The notes beneath the pieces are model-generated. The model saw only the letters and a program-made list of their open reading frames with translations. It was not told where the DNA came from and ran no database searches. This document shows, in pieces, positions 30,301 through 39,653 of a stretch of DNA of 39,653 bases. The DNA comes from Aduncisulcus paluster. Its lineage: Eukaryota. Made by a program: the position numbers and the translations under genes. The stretch covers positions 1 through 39,653 of the forward strand of contig BQXS01012660.1 in assembly GCA_024181965.1 (NCBI GenBank), read 5' to 3'. Each line of letters starts with the position of its first letter. The first letter of the stretch is position 1.

Positions 30301-33300
30301 ATCTTTCTTTGATTTTAATGGATCTATCCATATGATTCAGCTGATATTCTTTTTCCCTGTGCGAGATGGTAAATTCCTTCGAGTTCGTCAAAATTTGATC
30401 GAAAAATTTCTCATTTCCCTCCGTCATGTTTTTCAAATGAATTTTAAGATATGTAACCTTTGTTATTCCAAATTATATCCCTTTTCGCTATTTTTTATTG
30501 ATAAAACATACCAAATTGATCTGGTCAATTCTCGTAAAAATCATCTTCACATTCCAATATTCTGTGCAAATTCAGGAGCTAATAGTTATGAGAGTTTTAA
30601 TAATAAGAATTGTAAAGTTTTCCCTATTTTATCCTGTGATAATCAACTCGAACGATTCCTCAAAGATAAATCGATCGCCATTTTGGGAAAACAAGAGAAA
30701 AAAGAAGTTCTTTCATTGATTTTAAATCCCTTGATGACGTATTCTCGTCTTGTAATTCTTAATTTTTGTTCAATGTATTTGTTTGAATGTCCATTATCAT
30801 TGGAAAGTAAGAATTACTTCATTTTCCTTCTCCAACAGATTTATTTATTTCAAAGACTTGTTGGAAAACTCCTCTTCCCTTTTGTTACTTTTTGGAGCAT
30901 TGGGTTGACGTATTCTGACATGGACTGCCATCCAATTAGATCGCAGTTTGTTCGATCTGAGTTTGTTCATTCAACGATTCCCATTGTCCTTGGAAACACC
31001 AGGATTTCAATTATTTCATCCGAGCTGCCCGAATCAATAATACGAGAGAAGAATCCCAATTGCATATTAAAATATGTTGAAAAAAGTATGGTTGAGACAT
31101 TTCTGGCTTCATATTTAATGTTACTTTCGCCAAAGTTATTCACTATTTTGTCATTTCAATGTCAGCAACAAATTTTATGTTTCATATGTGAACAAGCCTT
31201 TTTTTGGAATACTTTTGTTGAACATGACCATTCTGGTCGGGCATTATTTTCTGATTTGTGTATTGAAGAGGATCGAAAGGTTCAATTTCCCAATTTCCTC
31301 TTTCAAATTGATATCATTTTCAAAGTATCTTCCCCGGATTCAGTTTCTATCCCAATCCAACTCTCCGTATTCCACGGTATTTGCCAATGTATCTGTGGTA
31401 TTGAATCCGATCTGTCTTCAGTTCTTTTCATATATTTTTCCAAGATTTTTGACTTTCTCTCGAATGTAGTTTGCCAAAAGAACACTCGGACGAATATTAA
31501 TGTGTTTTTGTCATCATTGATAAAACATGATACCCCGAGAATCAGAGCATTTACTTTAGTGTACACCTGTAAAATCATTCAATATTTGTTCTTGTTCGAT
31601 TCAAGCACATTGAAGAGCATCGAAAGGTTCAATTTCCCAATTTCCTCTTTCAAATTGATATCATTTTCAAAGTATCTTCCCCGGATTCAGTTTCTATCCC
31701 AATCCAACTCTCCGTATTCCACGGTATTTGCCAATGTATCTGTGGTATTGAATCCGATCTGTCTTCAGTTCTTTTCATATATTTTTCCAAGATTTTTGAC
31801 TTTCTCTCGAATGTAGTTTGCCAAAAGAACACTCGGACGAATATTAATGTGTTTTTGTCATCATTGATAAAACATGATACCCCGAGAATCAGAGCATTTA
31901 CTTTAGTGTACACCTGTAAAATCATTCAATATTTGTTCTTGTTCGATTCAAGCACATTGAAGAGCATTGCAAAGGATGATTCTATTTTAGATAACATTTC
32001 TCACCTTGTATATTCTGACAATATTGGAACCATTGAAAAGAAGCAAGGGATGTCAATCCTCAAGTCACTGAACAAGATCCGAAAGGAAATGGATCTTCCA
32101 GTTCTCTCATCAACATCCTCTTCCTCCTCCATGTTTCAAACACTAGCTTTCCAAGACAAATCAATCCGATTAATTAAGTATCGACCTGATTATCATCATC
32201 GGCAACATCGTCACAAGCATACTCCATCATTTTGTAGAACTTTTTTAAATGAGAAATGCTCCATTTCTCTGCTATTATCAATATATGATCATTATTATTC
32301 TTTACTATCTCTTGGAATGGAGCCAAAACCCTGGTTTATTGAATGCGTTAATGCCTTCTCATGTTTATCCTTCACTCAGGAGAGTAATGATCTTCTCTTG
32401 GAGATTATAACCACTTCAAAATTACAATATCCTGCATTATTTGCACTCATGTCGTTGTGTTCCTTCCCAGATGTTTGTTTTAGTGTTAAAGCTGCCTGTG
32501 TTTCAGCGATCCTTCATCAACTCCTCATTGACCGAAGTGATCCCTTATTTCTGGCTCTTTTCGTTTCAATATTCGAAACATATATCAAAATTTGGGTTCA
32601 AATGTGCCCCAGAAATGTCAATATTCTCAGTCGAACTCTATCTAATGGAACGACTGGAATTGTTGGTGGTGAGGAACTTTTGGTTGACTTACTCAAGTGT
32701 ATTGCCGATGAGATTGAGCGGAAACAGATCCTAACTCACTATCCTAATGTCAATTGCATTCAAATTTATCTCCTATTTTGCTTCTTTTTGATGGATCATT
32801 CTTTCACCATGGACATTCCAAGGAGTTTGATCGAGTGCATTGTCGAAAATGTATTGGATGTCTTTCAATTCATTACTGCAATTAAGTGGAAAAAGAAACA
32901 ATTTTCGTATGTGTTATCTCTGGTATTGTGGAAACGTTTTACAACTTCTGAACAATGGGTTCGCACTTTTAAAACATTGCCAACAAATGTTTTTGGTCGA
33001 TATGTGAGGTTTTTCTGTGAAATTGGCTCAAATTTTGTTCACTATTATCCAACAATGTCCCTTACAAATGCTTTCGAGTTCGCTGAATCTCGAGAAAAAA
33101 TTATATTTTCAAATCATTCAGAATATGTATATGTTGAAAATATGGGCTATTTTAACCACCTTGTTGCATTTTCCTTTGTTTTGAGTTCATATTCAAAGCA
33201 AAATATTCACTATATTCTTGAGAAATGTTTATATTTGATAATATCATCAAATTGCACCCTCTCTACCATTCATTCTTCGAGAGTCAGAAACCTTGGTTTG

Positions 33301-36300
33301 TTTTCTTTTATTTCAAAAGTGAGTGTTTGTGTTGACATAATTATGACATTGACAAAGCTTGAACTCGCTTCAAGTTCTTCCAATGGTCGATGCACCCTTG
33401 ATACTGCCTATTTGATGATTCCATACTTTGTAGGGTCTCTTTGCAGTCTGTTAATATTTGACCATTTGGAAGCAATATGTGTTCAAACTCTTTCTTTCAT
33501 TATTAATCGTTATGTTATGCGGAAAGTTCTCGATAGTTCTTGCTATAATCCTTCACAATATTCCCTCGATACTGAGGAGTGTTCTTCCACAGTTACAACA
33601 CTAAATAAGGGCATATCTCACCCAACAAGTATCAGAATTTTAGATTGTTTCATATCTGAAGGCCTTTTCAATCCTATTCGAAGAATAACAACAAAATGTT
33701 GGGAGATTATTAATGGAATAATGAAATCTTTCCCTGAAAACAGTTCAAATTCGGTTCATTTAGCAAGATCTGAGAGGAAAATGTTGTATACTGCATATTT
33801 ATTAATGTCTAATGCAATTATTCCGATATTCTTGAATAATTTTTCGGTATCCTTTTCTTCCCAAAGGAGCCCACAATTGATTAGTCGAGAATTTGTCAAA
33901 TATTTGGTATTTTTTGAAATGTTTTATTCAAAAAGGGAGAATTTATCTGGCTGGATTATAGATTTGAAGGATAAAACCCAAGTTTATCGTGTTTTTTCCG
34001 AGATTGTTCGATATTTCCCATCTTTTTGGAGAAAAAAAGAAATTGATATTTTTCAGTTGTTTATCTTTACAAAAATCCCCAAATATCAACTTCCAGATTT
34101 TAATTCCATGATTTTATCGTCAATTGTCAATGAAAAAGATCTTCACCGATTCCAAGGAAGGTGTTATCTCCCTGCTATCCTGCAAATCAAACGATTTATG
34201 AAGATATTTTTGAAATCATTTCCACATAATCGGTTTCATCCCCGATTTCATCGTAAATTTGTTAGATTTTCGAGGTTATTTCTCCAAAAAGTTCTCTTGT
34301 TTGGATTTATTTCCTATTTCCACATTAATTTTGCTCATTTTTGGGAGACTGAATCCATTGGAGATATGCACACCATCATACATGAGTATCTTTTCTTCTC
34401 TAATGTGTTTATCCAGCATCCTCGAGTTAAGTACCCGCCAATCATTTTGGATAAATCAAAGTTTAATCCTCAAATTGAAAAAAATTGTTCAACAGATACC
34501 AATGGGAGATTGTCAACATTTTATCAAATTGATCTTGAAAGTCTCATGAAACACCTGTTCAAAATATGGGACATTTCGTTAGGTTCTTGCTTCTCAATGT
34601 TCACAAACCCGATAAAAACTCAAATATGGAATAATTTTTCTCATTTTATTTTTCATTTTTCTCGTGAAATATTTGAAGACGATTCTGACATTATTTCGTC
34701 TTATATTCTCATTTTTTTCCAACTATTCCTTTTCAATTGTCCAAATTGGATCCAAGGATTGGTATTATTAGAGTCTAAACAAAACCAACTCAATACAATC
34801 GGATTTAAAATGAAAAACGTTGCTATTTTAGGGCTTGTTGAGAATATAAAAATTATTTGTGAAAATTTTGATGACATTTCCTTCCAATTTCTCAATTTTT
34901 ATGCTTCAACTTTGTTTGAACTTCTCTTTGCTGGCATTCTCACAGATTCGAGGATTATACCGTCGATCCAACTCAAATTGTTTCGATTTTTCTTGAGGTT
35001 TCTTGTTCTTTGGGCACGTAGAACTTTCTCATATTATCGATATTCCAAAAATAGATATTTCATTCGTCAATTTATTGTTAACCATAAACGCTTAATTAGA
35101 CTTTTCTACCGTCAAAATGATGAAATTGTTGTTAAATTTGCTTGTATGCTCTTTCTAAGACTTCATGGCTCGCCCTTATTCAGCTATTTCCACTATTTGC
35201 CGGAGTTTTCATTCCAATTGACCCATATCTACTTTTTGGTTCCACGAAGAATTCATTCGAGGTCAATTTATTGTTCAATTCGTCACATTGTTGAATCTCC
35301 CAGCATCTATTTGTTAGAGTGTATCAAAAAATGTGAATCAGTTGTCAAGAAATATATTCTTTGTTCCGGATTTGAGGATTATATCAAAGATATGTTCTTT
35401 GTTGTCTCCAAAGCCTTGTTGAATTTTCTTGAGTATAACGAAGGTCTTCCGTGGAGTTACGTTAAGTTAATTATTCGGAGAATGATTTATTATGTCCAAA
35501 AATATGGTTATATTTTCAATAATCATTTCAATCATCTTCTCGAAATTATCTATACCCTCTTCATAAAGGCAGTTTCTTTCCATGAAGTTATTTCTCTGGG
35601 TTTGGAGCTTGAAAAAAACATATTTCTTGTTATCAAACGACTTCAGCTGTTTTCCCATCGAAAAACAAGAAGAAATTGTTTCTGGTCTTTGGTTTGTTTG
35701 CATAAACATTTTTCTGTGATTTACTATCGCTCTTTTTTCTCTTCTGACGTGTTTCTTTCCCAAAAATACCACAGTATTCTAGTGGCAATTAACGAATGTT
35801 TATACTTACTCAATATTAACTCGATATTTGGAGAGATTGAATGCCTTCAAAGTCCATTTTCAGTGATTATGAACAGTTATTATCAGATCATTTCTTCTTT
35901 ATCTATTGTTATAGAATCGAGTTCTGTTGTTGAAAAAGATAAGTTTTATGATTGGTTCAAGGAATATTCACTCTTTGAACCATTTGATTCCTCTCTATTT
36001 CATGGAATAACCCATATCTCCAAATCTGAGGTGTTTTCTGAAGAATTTGAAAAAATATTTTCAAATTTTGATCTTTTGAATTCGCTTGGAACATCGATTT
36101 TGTTCAATATCAATTCAAAAACCAACAAAAACGACCATAATTTCTTCATTTTCGAAGAGGTTAGACACAAATTAATGAGAACAATTCAAATATTTTTGGA
36201 TAAATGTTCTTGTTTTAATTTCTCAATTTCCCATACTATCGCTCAATTTTCATTTCTTTTCTCCTTTTACGAAGGATATTTTGACTTTCTTAATTCATTA

Positions 36301-37077
36301 ATGGATGAAATATTGGAATCAAGATCGATGAAACATCCTTATCCCTTCGATCGTGTTGACAAATTGAGTCTAAAGATGCATAAATTTGATATTGGATCAA
36401 AATTATGTCATTTCTGTCGAAACGGATCCTTTTTTGCGGCAATTCATGGACTTTCAAATAGTATGATGCTTAATTGTGAGTATTCATCACCATCTCTTGA
36501 AATATCTCGAGAATCCTTGCTCAAAGTGAGAGAAGATGATCAAAAATTCTTTGGAATTGATATTAAATTCAGTAGTAATTCACCGTTGGTAAATGGTTTG
36601 ACCAAGAAAGAGATGTCAGCAAAAATATATTCCATTTTTATATCTTTTCTTAATGATTTTACCCTCTACAATGAGTTTATGATCTCATCAAAACTCCTTG
36701 GAAGGATTTTTATTTGTTTAAATCTTTCAACTGACCAAAAAAATGAGATTATTTCAAGAATACTTCGTGCTCTCCGGAGATCTAATCCAAGATCGGTCCT
36801 TTTCAATATTTCTATCGAATCTCTGAGGGAAATTATATCATTTTCGTTTCTCTCTGACTCTTTATTTGCCAAAATCAAGGATGGGTTGTATAAATCACTG
36901 TATTCTAGGTTCTTTTCTCGTAGTGCAAGAAAACAAGAATCACTTAGATATACACAAAATGGGAAATGGTATATAGAACAGTTTCGTGCTTCCATCGTTG
37001 TTGAATTTGGAGAGGATTTTCTGTTCTGTCTTGAGTATTTTGATCCTTCCCTCAAATCCTACTGCAATATTCAATAG
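27350..37077 (+). CDS. Giant orphan F/I/L/S/C-rich protein (~3130 aa), split in the assembly by a 347-bp duplication
   Basis: ORFs 27338..31816 and 31849..37077 become one frame when the 347-bp duplication is removed (9393 nt from 27338). About 9.4 kb without a stop in AT-rich DNA is very unlikely by chance. No recognisable motif. Start uncertain: first ATG is 27350 and upstream exons are possible. Confidence 0.75.
31272..31967. repeat. Exact tandem duplication, period 347 bp, frameshifting the giant ORF
   Basis: 31272-31620 equals 31619-31967. The junction sits on near-identical flanks ATTGAAGAGGAT / ATTGAAGAGCAT. Confidence 0.95.
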
Positions 37078-37269
37078 AATCTGGATAAAATTCACAAACA
37101 AACGCCAAACAGAGCGGTGGTGATTCACAGGGCTCATGCTCTCATTTCTATTTTAGCTTCTTCCAACACTCGCTAATCTTGTTCCATTCTTGGCATCAAA
37201 TTACTTTGATAAAGCCTTTAATTTTGGTTAAACGTTGATTTATATTGATTATATCAATCTTTAAAGCCC

Positions 37270-37335
37270 ATGATGAATTCAATTTAGCCACATTTGACGG
37301 CTGGGGCATTCCGATCCGAAAGAAGATAGTTCTGA
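37270..37335 (+). ncRNA. Candidate box C/D snoRNA
   Basis: Consensus C box ATGATGA (37270-76) and D box CTGA (37332-35) span 66 nt in an intergenic GC-richer island; possible D' boxes TTGA or CCGA. I could not identify an rRNA target. Confidence 0.3.
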
Positions 37336-37477
37336 AGAAAATAAGCAAAATCACTCCACATAGATTAAAAATTTGACAATAAATAGATTAAATATCCTCA
37401 AAAAATCGGTTATTCCTCTCCGCACAGGAAATCCAAGTGCCTCAAATTATTTAATATCGTTTTCGACCTAATACAGT

Positions 37478-38077
37478 ATGAGGCTTATAAAAAAAATAAT
37501 TTTTGTCGGGGAATCAAATGTAGGAAAAACCGCCGTTGCGTTAAGAGCACTTCACGGCCGTTTTATTGTGTCGTCACTAACGATTGGAGTAGATTTTGTA
37601 ACTCATGAAGTATCCTTATCCTCCGACCTCTCAATTTGTGAAAGAATATTTGATACAAGTGGTCAAGAAAAATATGGTGCTATAACCGAATCATTTTTCC
37701 GTGGATCTGATGCTTGTGTGATTTTTGCCTCCTGCGATGATAAAAAAAGCGTTGATTTGATCCCATCATGGAAAAAACGCGTTGAAGATGCCAATGATGA
37801 CGATGTTGATTTTGTTATCTGCTTTAACAAGATGGATCTGCTTGTATCAGACTCACCCACCAATCCTGAAGCAGCAAGAAAAGTTGCTGCTTCTGTTGGT
37901 ATCGACTCGGTTTATATAACTTCTGCAAAAACCGGTGAAGGGATTTCGGAGATGCTTCGTGCAGTTGCTTGTCGAGTTGGTGGAGTTCGTGATATGGAAG
38001 TATTGCCCGATAGAATTGATATTTCAAAACCTTACGATGAAAAAACTCCATCCAAAGGAGGATGTTGTTCAAAATAA
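37478..38077 (+). CDS. Rab-family small GTPase (199 aa), subfamily unresolved
   Basis: GESNVGKT, TIGVDF, DTSGQEKY, FFRGSD, NKMD, TSAKTG, C-terminal GGCCSK double-Cys prenylation motif. Confidence 0.93.
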   Translation: MRLIKKIIFVGESNVGKTAVALRALHGRFIVSSLTIGVDFVTHEVSLSSDLSICERIFDTSGQEKYGAITESFFRGSDACVIFASCDDKKSVDLIPSWKKRVEDANDDDVDFVICFNKMDLLVSDSPTNPEAARKVAASVGIDSVYITSAKTGEGISEMLRAVACRVGGVRDMEVLPDRIDISKPYDEKTPSKGGCCSK

Positions 38078-38570
38078 GTGATATTTCCATTTCTTTCTCA
38101 CGTCCGAAGTAGATGAGTCCTCTCATTTTACTAAAATGATTTTAGATTATTGTGAGTTTCTACTCACGCACAATTTTATTGGTTAAATATATTTATATTA
38201 TATTTTTGGTTATTTCAATAGTTGTTAATAACAGTTGTTATCATTTTTCTCAAATATTCGATATTCTTCGTCAAATATCCCATTTTTTGTAATTTCAGTG
38301 CAGTATATCATTGACAATGCTTTAAAATGTATCATTGGGATGTAATTTAAAGGAATAATCCGATATTTCAACATTTTTTCAACGTTTTTGTTGAATAAAT
38401 TGAAAGAAATGTGACATTTCTGTCTCAGTTCCACAACTTTGAACTTTGCGTTGCTATTTGCGATGAAAATGTACCTATTTATTTCCTTAATAACCCATTT
38501 CACAGCAAATTCATAAATTATGACATGAAAATTGAAGATTACAGTCATGAATAACAGCCAAATCAACATA

Positions 38571-39620
38571 TCACATCACATTGCATCCTTCTTCCTTTGT
38601 TTCTTCCCTGTGAACACGTTCCCCCAAGCCTCCCTTCCATAGGAGCTTATACTGATCCATGGAGAGAGTTGAGAGCACATTGTCGACAAAGAAACTCTTA
38701 ACACCAAGGTCAAAGGTCATCACATCGTCTTTTCGATCACTCACGCAGCTAACAAGAATATGGGTCCATCCAAGACACTCTGCCAAAGCTCGACCAAATG
38801 CAATGGTTATTGGTTTCCCGTAATCTTTGTACAAGTCCATCTTATTTCCGACGATGATTCCATTCATTTTCTGCAAATGACGCAGAGTTTTGGTACCATA
38901 TTTGTTTAAGATGTGGGAGACGAATTTAGGTTTTCCCTTGCAAACGATACACAGCGGCTCAAACTGTTCAATTCCACCTGAAACATCGTATACACAAACA
39001 CAGGCAGTCTGATATGTCAAGGCAGCAGGAAGAGAAAGGTAAGAAGGAAAAGGTGAGGTGTTATTGAACCGGAGATATTTAAAAATCTCATCTTCAGGCA
39101 AATGTAAACAAAGAGAATCTTTTCTAACATCAGAATTCATTCCAACCATTTCATCCATGGCATTTTTCACTTTCCCATCCATCGCCTCTCCACTTTGTTT
39201 CCTTATAACATCCATCATTTGTCCGTCTCTTTCTTCTTCTTTCTCGGCAGCAATCCAACCCTCGAATCCATCCGGAACATCGACATTTTCATTCACAATT
39301 CCTGGTGAAAAATGATCCATGGCTAATTTGTGCTGCTTTGATGGATCACACCCAATAAAGACCATTCCAGGCGTGTCCGTTACTCCAAGCCACCTTTCAA
39401 ATTCTCCACAAACGCACAAGGAAAGAACCTCACGAGTGGGAGTGAGTGTAGGGATCACAGACACATGAGGTGCCGGGAGGAGATGTGATGGAGTGTGAGG
39501 AAGGGTATGTAGCAGAGTATTGGAGGGTAGTCTAAACATCCTGATGGTGTCAATTGTATAAAAGATACCTTCGCAAGTGTGGATAGTGTTTAAAAGAATT
39601 CGCAATAGAACAGATCCAAT
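38571..39620 (-). CDS. Atypical Ras-superfamily GTPase-like protein with large insertions and a CaaX box; 5' end missing
   Basis: G2-like VIPT, G3 VTDTPG, beta4 CVCVYDVS, G4 GIIVGNKMDL, GRALAECLG...G5-like LVSC, C-terminal CNVM*. No P-loop in the window. The last 33 nt of the window derive from 31971-32003, so the ORF-track start at 39647 is spurious. Confidence 0.7.
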   Translation of the reverse strand: MGSVLLRILLNTIHTCEGIFYTIDTIRMFRLPSNTLLHTLPHTPSHLLPAPHVSVIPTLTPTREVLSLCVCGEFERWLGVTDTPGMVFIGCDPSKQHKLAMDHFSPGIVNENVDVPDGFEGWIAAEKEEERDGQMMDVIRKQSGEAMDGKVKNAMDEMVGMNSDVRKDSLCLHLPEDEIFKYLRFNNTSPFPSYLSLPAALTYQTACVCVYDVSGGIEQFEPLCIVCKGKPKFVSHILNKYGTKTLRHLQKMNGIIVGNKMDLYKDYGKPITIAFGRALAECLGWTHILVSCVSDRKDDVMTFDLGVKSFFVDNVLSTLSMDQYKLLWKGGLGERVHREETKEEGCNVM

Positions 39621-39653
39621 AAAGGATGATTCTATTTTAGATAACATTTCTCA
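39621..39653 (+). repeat. 33-nt copy of 31971-32003 at the window end
   Basis: AAAGGATGATTCTATTTTAGATAACATTTCTCA is identical at both positions. Confidence 0.9.

Noticed and set aside
1-39653. Non-standard genetic code (TAA/TAG read as Gln, as in hexamitid diplomonads)
   Set aside because: Conserved genes end at TAA (RPN2, 14-3-3, eRF3), TAG (calcineurin A, alpha-kinase) and TGA (UAP1) at the expected positions, with no internal stops.
1-39653. CRISPR array, prophage, or autonomous transposon
   Set aside because: No repeat-spacer periodicity and no transposase, integrase or reverse-transcriptase motifs. All long repeats are local two-copy duplications of host sequence.

Overview
AT-rich, gene-dense eukaryotic (protist) genomic scaffold using the standard genetic code (TAA, TAG and TGA all end conserved genes), with short GT-AG introns that mostly start GTATGT. 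The lineage-specific domain and kinase families resemble those I recall from the free-living fornicate (Metamonada) Aduncisulcus paluster; this is inference and has not been checked by search. It contains tRNA-Glu(CTC), tRNA-Asn(GTT), proteasome Rpn2, 14-3-3, a TMEM170-like membrane protein, acetyl-CoA acetyltransferase, an N-terminally short eRF3, UDP-GlcNAc pyrophosphorylase, calcineurin A, a Rab, and a truncated atypical Ras-like GTPase with a CaaX box. Several genes are fragmented in the ORF track and can be rebuilt: (i) a 4-exon gene (~1032 aa) with three tandem DOC/APC10-like modules, the introns between them all phase 0, fused to a probable pseudokinase; (ii) a coiled-coil + VWA + alpha-kinase + Zn-ribbon protein (999 aa); (iii) an orphan, uninterrupted, F/I/L/S-rich ORF of ~3130 aa; (iv) a 3-exon 107-aa coiled-coil gene. 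The window has eight 180-472 bp tandem duplications (five around 20-N gaps, three at microhomology junctions) and a chimeric-looking end, most likely assembly artefacts. A few candidate structured ncRNAs and a shared palindromic element upstream of both tRNAs are flagged.
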